DNA of 64,000 nucleotides from the human T2T-CHM13v2.0 reference genome, Homo sapiens (GCF_009914755.1 NC_060934.1); one strand, 5' to 3'. Positions 1-13,753 are shown, counted from the stretch's first letter. The notes: generated by a model not told the origin, from the sequence alone. Numbers and translations: made by a program.

Positions 1-409
1 GTAGTATTGTGATCAAGTTTAAGGGACATCAGGAATCCATAAAAAATACCTAAGCAATTCAACTACAATGACTGCCCTGATCATTTCTCTCAGCTTCAAC
101 TATATATAAAATTGTCCACAGGTTAGATGTACTATATATAAAATTGTCCACAGAGTTAGATGTACCATGATTCTAATGAAGCTTAAGTGTCCCTCTCATG
201 GCTCTGAGAGGGACACTTAGCAATATGCTCATGTAGTCATGTTTTTGTAAAATGTATATAGTAAGATATTTTAACTACAGTTGATTAAAGCTGCTGTTTG
301 TTTCCACTTCAATTCCCTATCAGTCACATTTCCCTACCTCTTCAATGGCATTGAGTGACTATGAACATTTTTGAGGTTCAGCCCAGGGGAAGTTGAGTTA
401 AGGATACAT

Positions 410-738
410 TGCTGTGATCTAAATGTTTATGTCCCCTCAAAATTCATAGTTGAAATTCTCATCCTCAAGGTAATGATATTGGGAGGCGGGTCTTTGGGAA
501 GTGATTAGCTCATGAGAAAGGACCCTAAAAGAAGCCTGAGAGTCCTTGCCCCCTCTACCATGTGAGGTTCGAGTGAAAAGAGCTGTCTATGCAGAATCAG
601 GCCCTCACTATACACTGGACCTGCCAGAACCCTGATCTTGGACTTCCCACCTTCCAGAACTGTGAGAAATAAATTTCTGTTGTATATAGCCACCTAGTCC
701 ATGGCATTTTGTTATAGCAGCCCGAGTGGACTAAGACA
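410..738 (+). mobile_element. MaLR solo LTR (MLT1A-like)
   Basis: TG...CA termini; CTGTGAGAAATAAATTTCTGTTG and GTTATAGCAGCC...ACTAAGACA hallmarks; near-TSD TACAT/TACTT. Confidence 0.8.
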
Positions 739-975
739 TACTTTAGATCGGAATTAACGGTATCCAGATGTTTATCCACAGCACTTCCAAGTTATTGCCA
801 GCAGTCCTAATGTAGGCACGTCTCCCAGGAAACCCTTTCCACCTGCTCTGCAAACTCTCCTGGCATCTGGAAGTGAAGGTGTAGGGTAAAAGATCTTAAC
901 TGAACCAGAAGTAAGTAAGTAGTGGGTAACAGAGGAGAAGCTAACCTGTGGAAAGTTCTTTCAATTATCAGATGT

Positions 976-1286
976 GGCTGGGCATGGTGGCTATGCTTGT
1001 TAATTCTAGCACTTTGGGAAGCTGAGGTGGGAGGATTGCTTAAGCCCAGGAGTTTGAGACCAGTTAGGGCAATAAAACGAGACCCTGTCTCAACACCACC
1101 ACCACCAACAACAAAAAATTAGCAAAGTGTGGTGGCATGTGCCTGTAGTCCTAGCTATTCAGGAGGCTGAGGCAGAAGATCACTTGAGCCCAGGAGTTCG
1201 TGGTTACAGTGAGCTATGATTGTACCATTGCACTGCAGCGTGAGCGACAGAGCAAGACCCTGTCCAAAAACAAACAAACAAACAAA
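976..1286 (+). mobile_element. AluJ-like SINE
   Basis: Two arms, (CAAA)n tail, AGATGT repeated on both flanks. Confidence 0.9.
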
Positions 1287-1964
1287 CTTAGATGTATAAA
1301 ATTATAAGCAGATAGGACTTTGATATTCATCATTACCTCATGTAAACTGAACTTCTCTTGCATCAGGAATATACTCATTAATACACCATAAACAATTATA
1401 AAAACATAAGATAATTTTTGGAATCTGGAATATTAGGAATCAACAAATTAGGATTACCATAAATCTTGCATTTGTAGGGCACACACTTAGAGCAGCAGTA
1501 CAAACAGCTCAGATGTGAAATAAATATTTTCTCAGATTGGACAGAAATTCTAAAAATTTACATGATATGACCAGTAATGACATAGGAAGCCAAAGAAACT
1601 TTTTTGAAATGATCAATCATACAAAACCAGTTTCGATTAACCATGCCAGAGGAAAGACTAAATTATCTTTTTTCTCTATATAGAAAATATTATAAAATTG
1701 TGTCACGGAAAAACAAAGATGAAGGAGCTTGTAAGGTGAGTAGATAACAAAACAGTTAAAATATGATTCTAAAAAATGTAGCTAAGAAAAGTAGGACAAA
1801 AGGCATTATAAAGAGGTATCAACTAATAAAAATATAATTTGTGGATTTTGTGATTTTATATGATTTTACAACTTAAAAAAATTCTATAATTTTGTGACTT
1901 CTTATTCTCAATACATATTCCCCCTCACACTTAATTTTGGATTCCTTTTCTTAAAAGGGATCCC

Positions 1965-2365
1965 TTTCTAAGTTTGTTCCTGCTGCTGTAACAAAACACC
2001 GTAGACTGAATAATTTATAAACTATCACAGTTCTAGAGACTGGGAAGTGCAAGACCAAGGCACCAGCAGATTTGGAGTCTGGTGAGGCCTGCTCTCTGTT
2101 TCCAAGATGGTGCCATCTTGCTGCAGCCTCACGTGGCAGAAGGGCAAAAATAATGGACTCTGGGTTCTCACATGGAAGAAGAAATGGAAAGATACCAGCA
2201 GCTCTCTGCAGCATCTATTATAAGGGCATTAATCCCATTAATGAGGGAAAAGCCCTCGAGGTTTAATAATCACCTCCCGAAGGCCCTACCTCTTAATACC
2301 ATCACCTTGGGGTTTAAGTTCCAACATATGCATTTAGGAGGGGCACATACCTTCAAATTATAGCA
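1965..2365 (-). mobile_element. MaLR solo LTR (MSTD/MLT1A-like)
   Basis: GCTGCTGTAACAAAACACC...CAAGATGGTGCC...TAATACCATCACCTTGGGG hallmarks. Confidence 0.75.
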
Positions 2366-3604
2366 ATCCGCAAGTGATATACACTTCAGGCCCTATGGAA
2401 CCTACACTTACCCTTGGCCATATCCAGCCACGTGGATGTCCCACAGTACTTCACTATCAATATGCCCAAAGTGATGCTCCATGCCCCATAGCTGCCCCTT
2501 AGCATCTCTCTAGAACAGCAGGACCCTCAGCCTGTTGCAAAGCCACACACCCAAGTCATCCCTGATGACTCCTTCTCCCTTTTTTAACCCAGTCCCAGCT
2601 CCTAAAAATATCTCATTGTCATTTCTTCCTCTTGAAACTGACATCTCCCCAAGTTCAGCACCTGCTGGGACTGTTGCAGAGCCCTCCATTGTCTGCTGGC
2701 TCTGATGCTGCATCACCAGCCCTCTTCATGACTTTTCCCCCCTAACTCCCACTTATGACCATGTCACTGCCTTGTTCACATTTTTTTGTTCAAGTCCAAC
2801 GTCTAATCCAAAACTTTTAGCATGACCTTGAACATTACCTTCAAGGTATAGATATTATTTAACTACCTAGCCTAATGTTTATGACCCTTGCTGAGCACCC
2901 AGATTCTGTTTATGTTCAGCGTACTGAATTAATTTCAGTCTACAAACTTGCATTGTTCTTTCTTGTCAATGGATCAAGCTCTCCACCTTCATTTGTCTTC
3001 TTGGCAAACTCTTTTTATTCCTTAAGACTCAGTTCAGTCAACTTTGCTATGAAGCCTTGCCTGATGCCCTCTCCACTATGTTCTGCACACAGCAGTCTTC
3101 ACCATATTGCATTGTAAACATTTGCACCCCACCTAGGTGGAAGATCCACAGCTACTCACCTGTTATCCTTGATCCTCATTAGTCCCAAGGTTGACATATG
3201 AATCTCTTCTCCCTACACCATGCCCAGTTTCTAAAATTCCAATGAGAGATTAAGGTGGGTTGACATGTATGCATTTAAAGTACAACTACCAACAGGTTTA
3301 AAGTGATCTCTTTCTCTTTTTGTGGGGCGAGAATGAAGATAGGGGGCATGGAGGTTGTATATGACAAACTTTTATTATCTGTATTTTACACTTTGGATTA
3401 TTTCTTAAAATTTACAGAAAAATCACATTACTTTTATAATCAGAAAAACACCCAACTCTGTCATAGCAACGATAGTTCAGTATTTTCACTTGTGGTGAAA
3501 AGACCTGAATCTATATATCTTGTATTTTCTGTCACTTTCCTTTCTGAATTAACATGAAAAAGGATAAATCTTCTTCTTTTGCATACATTTTCCGGCAACT
3601 TTTA

Positions 3605-3753
3605 AATTTTTTTTTTCTTTTTATATATTTGTCTGTATAGAGACAGGGTCTTACTATGTTGCCAAGCTGGCCTCAAACTCCTGGCCTCAAGGGATCCTCC
3701 ACCTTGGCCTCCCAAAGTGCTGGGATTACAGGTGTGAGCCACTGTGCCTGGCC
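3605..3753 (-). mobile_element. FLAM/Alu monomer
   Basis: Single left-arm sequence in antisense orientation. Confidence 0.85.
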
Positions 3754-3977
3754 AATTTTTACCATTTTTATCCAGTAGCAATGGAGGCCTTGGCAAGACT
3801 GATTCATTCATTCATTTATTTATTCGTTCATTTTTGGGCTAGGGTAGTACATTCACGTGGCTCAATATTCAAAAGATACAAAACTCTCCTTTCCACCTCT
3901 GTACCAGGTCACTCTTGTATTCCACAGAGGGCACATTTTTATTAGTTTCTTCCACCTCCTTCCCGAAGTGTATTTTC

Positions 3978-4277
<300 letters not shown>

Positions 4278-4331
4278 GAGGTGTATTTTCAAGCAAATGT
4301 TCTCACATTTTTCTTATCTAAAAAAAACACT

Positions 4332-4700
4332 TGTCTTGACCTGGGCTGCCATAACAAAATGCCATAGACTACGTGCCTTAAACAACAAAATTTTATTTTC
4401 ACTCAGTTCTGGAGGCTTGGTGTGCAAGTTCAGAGGGCGGGCAACATCAGGTTCTGGCAAGGGCTGACTTCCTCACTGACAGGTGCCTTCTCATTCTAAC
4501 CTCACATGAGAGCAACCAAGCTCTTCAGCGTCTCTTCTTATAAGAGCACTAATTCCATCACGAGGGCCCCACCCTCATGTCCTCATCTAAACCTAATTAC
4601 CTCCCAAAGCCTCATCTCCAAACACCATCCCAGTGGGGTGAGGCCTTCAACGTATGAATTAGCGGGGTGGGGGGACAACAAACATTCAGACCATAGAAAT
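4332..4700 (-). mobile_element. MaLR solo LTR (MLT1A0-like)
   Basis: GGGCTGCCATAACAAAATGCCATAGACT...AACATTCAGACCATAG hallmarks. Confidence 0.78.
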
Positions 4701-6077
4701 ACGTAAATATAAGAAACAAAACCAAAAAGACTTATGTGCAATACCAACTGATCTTTTCTTTTCCTTCCAAAATGGAGTTTACCAAAATACAAATATGAAG
4801 TTTTTCAGAGCACATACCTTCCCCTGCTCTCCTCTGCAGTTTTTTTTTTTTTAATACCACCTCTAGGGTAGTTTTCCTAAAATATGGTTCCAAGGCTGTG
4901 TGTACCTCTCCTGCTCAGATCCTTTGGAACAGTGTTCAGCGCTCATCAGGATTCTGACTGTAAACTCCCTTCTCTGACTTTAACATCACAGGATGCAGTA
5001 CTCCCTACATTCTACCATGGGGGGCACCCTGAATTACCTGGGTTGACTTTCTGGCCTCTGTGCTCTACTTATACAATTTCCTCTGTATGGAAGGCCCACT
5101 CCAGAATCCTTTCCCCAGCCTTTGTTCAAATGTCACTTCTGCTAGCATTAGCAGTTTCCTCCTCTGGGTTCTCACATTGCCCTGTAACATAAGTTACAAG
5201 GTAAGTACCAGAAGAGAATTCCCAATTATCATCCTGCTCCCCTACCCTCAACACCTCCAGCGGTAACTGTATCTTATTCATTTTTGTGTCTATGAAGCAC
5301 AGTGTTGCACTTTGGAGATACTACATAGAAGTTGGCCCAAAGGGTAATAAACTGTATTTGCCAAGATGATAGCATGGATTTACAATAACCTCTGAAACTT
5401 TATAAAGAAAGATGATTGAGTTAAATTGATACACCTAGCATCACAGCTGTGGAAGCTTGTGGTCTTCTTTATGTTAAAGGTAAAATGGATATAATGAATT
5501 AGTTGCCATTTTTAGATGATATAGAAGTTGAATTCCTCTTAAGCCTCTCAAAGAGAAAGACATATTAAAATTCATTAAAACCAGTACCATAAACTGCACA
5601 GAACAGCCTGGTTCCCTAGAGCACTTCTCTGGGGCAGTGAGTTTTCATTTAAAAAATGAAGTTTGGATTTTAAACATAAGTTTTAAAAGTGATTAGGCTC
5701 CAGCAGGAGTTCTTAAATTCCTACCTACACCATGACTCCCAAATGCTCTGCCTCTGTTGCCTAGGAACAAAAATTGTCAAGGTTGAGCCAGATGCAATGT
5801 ATAACACCAGATGATAGATGCAGCTCATTGTGTTAAAAGGTGTTAAACACTTAAGTGCATGTGATATACTCTATATCACAAGGGTAAGGAAGTTCCATTC
5901 CATATCCTGATTTGGGTCTTCTAATACATACTTGTAGTGGATGTGGTAATCAGTCTTTGTTCTATGTCCCATTAGGATCAATGCAACCAGAAATCCTTAA
6001 AATGGATTTTTATTATGTCTAGCTCTGTTTTACTGTTCTATTTGTTTATTTTAAAAAGATTTTAGAATGGTGTTTAG

Positions 6078-6270
6078 GTTGGGCTGGTGGCTCACGCCTG
6101 TAATCTCAGCACTTTGGGAGGCCAAGGCAGGAGGATTGCTGGAGCCTAGGAGTTGGAGACCAGCTAGGGCAACATAAGGAGACATTGTCTCCGCAAACAA
6201 ACAGAAAAAAAAAAAGTAAGAAAGAAAGAGAGAAAGAAGGAAAGAACAAGAAAAAGGAAAAAAAAATTAA
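6078..6270 (+). mobile_element. Alu left-arm monomer with A/G-rich tail
   Basis: GGCTCACGCCTGTAATCTCAGCACTTTGGGAGG; purine-rich tail. Confidence 0.8.
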
Positions 6271-6415
6271 CTGCAGTAAGTGCAGAAATCTCTCTCAAGG
6301 ATATGATGGATGGCAATGAAGACAGAGTTTTTGACACTGGATTATTTAAAGCATAATTTAAGCCTCTTTCTCTCCCCTCATAGAATTGTGAATTTTTGTG
6401 TTTTAATTATATTTA

Positions 6416-6532
6416 AGCCAGGCGTGGTGGCGAGTGCCTGTAGTCGCAGCTGCGCTGGAGGCTGAGGCCGATTGCTTGAGCCCAGGATTTGGAGGCCAGC
6501 ATGCGCAACATAATGAGACCCAGTCTCTAAAT
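6416..6532 (+). mobile_element. FLAM_A-like monomer upstream of the promoter
   Basis: 7SL/Alu-derived monomer retaining several CpGs. Confidence 0.75.
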
Positions 6533-7020
6533 GCATGCCTCTCTCTATATATTTAAAATTCTGATGTGAAAATATTTTAAAATTTAATACATTTCAAATG
6601 TTTTTAATTGTATAATAAACAAAATGTAAATAATAAAATAATTTAATATTAAATTCAAAAATGAGGTAGAAACAAAGCACAGCGATATAAATAATAAATT
6701 TTCCTTTACATTTTTGAGGCGGTCTTTTGAGTTTTCCATTTCCTTCTTAAGGTCACTGAAATGTGCTCCTTGGAGCCAGCCCGCAAATCACGCATTTAGA
6801 AAAACATAACTATACACTCCTAACCCTAAGTATTAGAAGTGAAAGTAATGGAATCTCGATGTAAACACAATATCACTTTTTTGATGAGCTATTTTGAGTA
6901 TAATAAATTTGAACTGTGCCAATGCTGGGAGAAAAAATTTAAAAGAAGAACGGAGCGAACAGTAGCTTCCTGCTCCGCTGACTAGAAACAGTAGGACGAC
7001 ACTCTCCCGACTGGAGGAGA

Positions 7021-7095
7021 GCGCTTGCGCTCGCACTCAGTTGGCGCCCGCCCTCCTGCTTTTTCTCTAGCCGCCCTTTCCTCTTTCTTTCGCGC
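7021..7095 (+). promoter_or_regulatory. Upstream activator cluster: NRF1-like GCGCTTGCGC (7021-7030), Myb site CAGTTG (7038-7043), E2F-like TTGGCGC, GC box CCCGCCC, E2F site TTTCGCGC (7088-7095)
   Basis: Motif matches seen directly; E2F and Myb control of CDK1 is established. Confidence 0.7.
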
Positions 7096-7137
7096 TCTAG
7101 CCACCCGGGAAGGCCTGCCCAGCGTAGCTGGGCTCTG

Positions 7138-7174
7138 ATTGGCTGCTTTGAAAGTCTACGGGCTACCCGATTGG
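7138..7174 (-). promoter_or_regulatory. Two inverted CCAAT (NF-Y) boxes, ATTGG at 7138-7142 and 7170-7174, 32 bp apart
   Basis: About 32-bp CCAAT spacing is typical of G2/M gene promoters. Confidence 0.88.
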
Positions 7175-7191
7175 TGAATCCGGGGCCCTTT

Positions 7192-7308
7192 AGCGCGGTG
7201 AGTTTGAAACTGCTCGCACTTGGCTTCAAAGCTGGCTCTTGGAAATTGAGCGGAGAGCGACGCGGTTGTTGTAGCTGCCGCTGCGGCCGCCGCGGAATAA
7301 TAAGCCGG
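7192..7308 (+). other. CDK1: CDK1 non-coding exon 1 (5' UTR)
   Basis: Follows the promoter core and ends ...AATAAGCCGG|GTACAG. Joining it to GATCTACC (8879) reproduces the CDK1 mRNA leader as I recall it. Start position approximate. Confidence 0.85.
7194..7208 (+). promoter_or_regulatory. CDE/CHR tandem element (CGCGG-tgag-TTTGAA), DREAM/MMB-FOXM1 site
   Basis: Canonical CHR TTTGAA (7203-7208) with a GC-rich CDE 4 nt upstream. Confidence 0.92.
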
Positions 7309-8903
7309 GTACAGTGGCTGGGGTCAGGGTCGTGTCTAGGGGACGGCCGAGGGCCTCGGAGGGCGAGTATTGAGGAACGGGGTCCTCTAAGAAGGCCGGA
7401 CTGGAGGTCAGGGATCTGCGCGGGGCCCGGCTGGGCCTCGGGGGGCGGTGGGCAGGGCCTTCGCCTGGGTCTGGCCGTGTGAGCCACACTGGGCTGGCTT
7501 TAGAGGGAGGCTATGGGAGCCCAGCCTGGCGGGGTTAGGCGGCGTGGGGGTGGGGGTTCGGGGCTGCAGTCATGAGTCGAGGTCGGCTGTTCTCAGGAAC
7601 TGCCTGAAGAGGCTTTCGGGTCTTGATTGAAGCAAAATCCGCTCCCCCACGCTGAGCGCCTGCGGAGTAGCAGGCTCTTTCCTGGGCCCGGCCCCTGCGC
7701 GCCCTGCCATCCCGCCTCGGGGGTGGGAAAGTGGGACCGCACCTGGGCCAGGTACAGGCGCGGGTCCCTAGAGCCAGGCCGCCCTGAGAAACCGATCCTG
7801 GAACTCGTGGGCCTTCTTGGGCTTGCTCTGCCCACGGCCCCGGCCCACCTGGAGCTGTTAAGAACAGTCAGCCCAGGCACTTAACTCTCATGAGCAGTGT
7901 AGTGCAGTTTTTTTCATTTAAAAAGATACATCTCTGCTTCTTTCTGGATTGATTTTTCTTTGAAGATGAATGTGAGAAATAGAACTTAAAGGTCTATTCT
8001 GAGTGTGCTTTATAAATGATTTTATCATCAGTGATGGGTGTTAGAAAAATCTAGGTAATTATGCCTGGAGTTCTGACGTTTCATTGGCAAACTTCAGAGG
8101 AAGTCTTGAACTTCTGGTTGTCAGCTTTTTTTTTTAACCCATTCATTGTGATTCAAGTATACCGTTTTTCTGCTTAGTCCTTGACATTGTTTAGGTTATA
8201 ATTAGAATTTTATCTGTGGAATTGCACTTTTCATTCTTTTGTTTTACGGTGCTTAAGTGATATTTCCTACTCTTGGAAAAAGTACCTTGAAAGTCTTGAG
8301 CATGTTTGTCTGTGACCTCAGCAAGCAGAGGAAAAAGATTAAAATTGTCACGTGGGCAACTGTAAACACTTAAAATGTTTTTGTCGTTTTAAACAAAATT
8401 TTCCTAATGAACAGTCTGAACACATTTTAGTTCTGTCCTCATAACTTTAAAAAATAATGTTTTGAATAAAATTAGGAGTATCATAAAGCGGTATAAATTT
8501 GTTGAAATATTTGGGTATAACTTTGGCACACGCAGGTACTACTTTAAAGTGTCACAAAAAGGGAACATAATTCTGGTTTTTGTTTGGAAAGAATAGACAA
8601 GTTGATACCTGAATTTGAGGGTTATTTTGATTGGAAGAAGCTAAATACTACACTAGTATAGAATATACACGTTTCCAATGTCTCAGGAGTCAAGAAGGAT
8701 GGAAAGTTATTGTAGGAGTCCTTACCCTTGTAAATATTGTTTGAATGTAATTAATATTTATGGAATACTTATGCTGCAGTAGGCACTGTGGAAAATGCTT
8801 TACATATAGTGTTTCATTAATGCTTAAAACTACTCGAGTTAGTGGCATGTAATTAAGTCAGTTTTTCCTTCACTTTAGGATCTACCATACCCATTGACTA
8901 ACT

Positions 8904-8940
8904 ATGGAAGATTATACCAAAATAGAGAAAATTGGAGAAG
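8904..8940 (+). CDS. CDK1: CDK1 coding exon (exon 2; exon starts 8879), MEDYTKIEKIGE(G)
   Basis: Acceptor cactttag|GA at 8878/8879; strong Kozak ACTATGG; donor AAG|GTGAGT at 8940/8941. Confidence 0.97.
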
Positions 8941-9767
8941 GTGAGTGGTTTTAGTAAAATAAATTTTATGGAATGATTTAACAATGCTACAACTTCTGTA
9001 ATATGAACACATTTAAATATTTATTAAAATTCAACCATTAAGTTGTCTTGTAGTACCAGTGTGCATTAACATATGTTCTTTACTTAATAAACGCAAATTT
9101 GCTCACATTTCAAGAGAATTGAAATTACCGAATCCCTAATGACCGTTCGCCTCACCCCCATAGTCTTACAGTCTTCTGATACTAAACACTTATAGTAGTA
9201 CTTGTATTTTGAAGACACTATTGATAACTTGCATGTGTGTTGAGGGGCAGAGGTTAGGGCTGCAGAATTATGCTAACTTCATAATATATTTTTAGTTTTA
9301 GTCTCTTTCAATTGTTTTTAGGATGATAAATATTTTTATCCAGACTTTATAGACTGGTTACAATAATTGACTTAATCTAATTTAAATAAAATTTCTATTT
9401 AGTTACCCTAAGTATAAATGACCTGTCATATAGACATGTTTAAGCTATTCTAAAATTATAACTTATGTATATAATCCTTCCCTTTCTGTGGTACTTGAAG
9501 GAATGTTTAGATCTATATATGGCACAAATGAGGGGTATATCCCTTCGCCTGTTCCTCGACTCCAGCAGAACATTCTCGATTCTCCAGGTACAAAATAATT
9601 TGCTAATAGAATCCAGTTTATATAGGTTCTGCCAGAAGAAAATTCCCAACTATATTTTTAATGTGATCAAAGACCCCACTTGACAAGAAATAGTGAAAAA
9701 CAAGGGGGAATACTGGAGGGAATTTAGTGGAATAGGAGTGACAAGTTAGTGTGGTGTTCGATTGGAG

Positions 9768-9806
9768 GTGTGTGTGTGTATACATATATATATATATATT
9801 TTTTTT
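9768..9806. repeat. Compound (GT)n(AT)n(T)n microsatellite in intron 2
   Basis: gtgtgtgtgtgtatacatatatatatatatatttttttt. Confidence 0.85.
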
Positions 9807-12800
9807 AAATCACTTAAATACCTCATACCCATTCTACTAAACAAATTTTGCTGCTGAATTAAAAATATGTGATTAGTATGTCTAATGCTGTGTAGTGTGT
9901 TTCTTAAATTCCCAGAGAATTTGTGTTGGTTTTAGTTTGGCATAAAAAGAGACCTTCTTAAAGTATAAATATATTTTTCTTTAAGATGATAGAACTCCAA
10001 ACATACAGGAGACTGCAGATTTGACTTCTGAGAAAAGTACTTTAATTGCTACTAGAAATAGGAGCAGTTAAAAGAATGTAATTTTAAATTTAATCCATTA
10101 CATACATGTAAGTCATAAGACTTCCATTCTTTATTTCTAGCAGTGTGACAGTGGTAAACCCTCTTAACTTTTCTGGATCTCAGTTTCTGCCTCTGCAAAT
10201 GGTGATAATTGGACTTAACACGAAAGATATGATTCAATTGAACAATATTATGGAAAGCATTTGTTATGAGCGCTTTAACTCAGAAAACCTTCAAATGTTT
10301 ATCATTTGAACATTGTATTATTACTATGAACACTGTCTCCAAAACCATCTCTTCACCAGCTCCATCTAATGCCACTTAACTCTTAATTTGGATTTCTTTG
10401 ATGTCCTCAAATGTATCCTGTGATTTGGCCTATGAGTTTTGGCAATGGCTGTTCTTTCTACCTGGAGGCCAGTTTCTACTGGCTTCATTTTTTATCTCCT
10501 CCTCTAGTCCAAGAGCATTTTGTAGTTCCCTTTGCATCATACCATAGGATCCTTGAGGGCTGGGGTTTTTGTCTTGTTCACAACTGTTTGCCCACTGCCT
10601 ATCAGTAGTGCCCAACCCACAGGAGATAGCCAAATAGATAATAATAACATCTGTTTTCCTTGTTTGCTCTTCTGAACACTGTTGTTTCTTTTTCTGGCTT
10701 GTATTGTCATTTCTACTCCAATGCCTGATTGTTTTGGATTATGTGCTGGATATTGTTTTGGAAAAAGGAACTTGTGGAAATAAATGGAGGCCTAAATGAT
10801 TCACACAGAATTTTCTTTTGGTTCTGCCAGGTATCTGGTTAAAGTCTAGTATTAAAATACTACTTTAAAAGTTATATTTTTTCCCCTCAACTTTTCATTT
10901 TGAACATCTCCAAATCTATATTGAAAGATTTATGCAATGAACTTGTAATATTTTTACCAAGATGTTGGTGTTTTGTCATGTTTACTTTATTATCTGTATG
11001 TATGTTAGCATTATTTTTTATTTTTTTCATTGACATTAATTCTGATTTAGAACAGTCTCTGCCTTTTCTCTCACTTGACAGTGAGTCTTGACAACCTAAT
11101 TCATTTCTTAAATACCTCCAGACTTTACTATTTTAAATATTACAAAAATTGTTCTCTGGTTTCTTCTGAATTACAGAAATCTGAGTGTTGTGATACTAAT
11201 CTTTGAAATCCTTCCTGTCTTAAGAAAATGTCTTTTTGGATCATAGAGTAGCAGTATCCATGATGGTGGAACCTTGCCTGGCATTTAGTAGGCATTTGAT
11301 AAATACTTGCTTAATGAAGGTTTTCTGCTTAAGGGCCTCCATAACTTGATCATATCCTACATATTTTTCTTTTGTTTCTTTTTGTTTCCTGGGATAAATC
11401 TTCCATTAGACTTAGACTGATCTCCTTCTAGGCTTACCTGTGTTAATGATTTTTGCCTCCTTAGTTATTTATACTTAGTTAAATACCCTAGAGTATTTCT
11501 GTCTTTAGAATTCTTAGTTCATTTTGGAGGATATGCCATGTATTTCAAAAATAATTTTGGATGATTAACCAATAGAAAGTTCTGCTTTGTTTAACCCCTC
11601 TTCCAGTAGTTCAGTGAGAAGTGATATTATCTCTAAAATTCAACACATTGAGTGTTGGCCACTGGTTAATTGTTAATTCTGAAAATTATTTAGGATTAGA
11701 TGAGATTGTACACTTGAGGGAGAAGAAAGGATGCTAGAAAAAAAATTAGTTCTGAACTTACCATTAACTGTTTATGTGACTGTATTATGCAAGTGACTAA
11801 TTTTCCTGAGATCACTTAAACAGTATGCCAGATGATTGTGCTACTGGTTTACCTACTTTTTGTGTTTAATGAGAGCTGAATTTACATCCAAAAAAATGTA
11901 GATTTTAAGTATATGAAGGTTGCCTACTTTTAAGGATGGCTGTGAGGATTAAATATAGTCAATTCTCCTTTAATGTAGAGTAATTTTGGTTATCAAAAAG
12001 TTATACATTAATCCACAATTTAATCAAAATAGTATAAAATGACTCATGTCAGTTTATAGTTTTAAAATGACACCAGTATTTAAGAAAACATAGACTTTTG
12101 TATAGAGGTTCTGTCAAAAAAATTAAGCTTAAGTAGCATCAATTTGCTACTGCTCAAACTGCTTAATTTTTTAACCAAGCAGTTGGTAATTTGTTGGTTG
12201 TTAGCCTTTTTTAAAATATTGCTACTTTCAGAGAAACTCATAAAAGCTATAGAAGAGGCCTTCTTCCTAGAACAGTGCACTCTAATCACTTTTGAAGTTA
12301 AACCAATGCCATGGAAAGCAAGCTATTCAACAAAATTTTGTGTGTACTTAAGGGGTTCAGGACCTCCCTAAACTCCAACTCGAGTTTAAAAAGACTTATC
12401 TAGGGAATTCAGCCACGTATATGACAGATTTTAGCTAGTCTTCTCCCTTATTGCCATTTCATTCCCTGTATCCACCTCCTCCCTCCCTGCTATCCCTTAT
12501 AATTGATATTGTTGCTCATTACCTGAAGCCCATATATCAAAATCAGTATTTTCATCAACTTGCAAATGGGTGTGAGGCTTTCCTAATATGTAGTACATAC
12601 AATGTGCTTTATTAGGTTTAATACACAAACACCTGGTCTTTTTTCTCCATTCTTTTGAGAATGAGGACTGTTGACTGTATTTTGAGATACAGATAAAAGT
12701 GTTTTGAAAAGCATAAAGCACTCTACAGTATTTTCTGAAAGTGTCATAATGACTTTTATCAGTAATATTTCCTGAGCCCAAATTTTTACACTATATTTTA

Positions 12801-13081
12801 TGCCCACTTCGTTGCAGGGTAGGATATTGACAGAAGGTTAATTTTAATTTGCAAATGATCTATTTTGTTCTGTAAAATATGCTGGAACATTAATGGTAAT
12901 TTAGATGTATAGAAAACTTGTGATGACTACATGAATTTTATTTTTAAGCCATACAGATTGTAGTTACTCTCAATTTCTTTTTGGAAGCAATGAGGGTATG
13001 AGTAAGATACTTCCCATATGGCCACACCAGACATTTCTATCATGTGACCCTTATGGGATTCAATGATCTTGAAATCCTTTA

Positions 13082-13753
<672 letters not shown>

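Larger units (their letters stand above)
151..2416 (+). mobile_element. Degenerate hAT-Tip100 (Zaphod-like) DNA transposon interrupted by younger insertions
   Basis: Ends resemble Zaphod-type termini. 1547-1669 translates to a decayed hAT dimerisation motif (ILKIYMI*PVMT*EAKETFLK*SIIQNQFRLTMPEERLNYL). Confidence 0.6.
6940..7860. promoter_or_regulatory. CpG island over the CDK1 promoter, exon 1 and start of intron 1
   Basis: Abrupt GC- and CpG-rich segment within AT-rich flanks; boundaries by eye. Confidence 0.9.

Noticed and set aside
6939-7884. Overlapping ORFs of 60-182 aa on both strands at the promoter
   Set aside because: Pro/Arg/Gly-rich frames are expected in a stop-poor CpG island; no recognisable domain.
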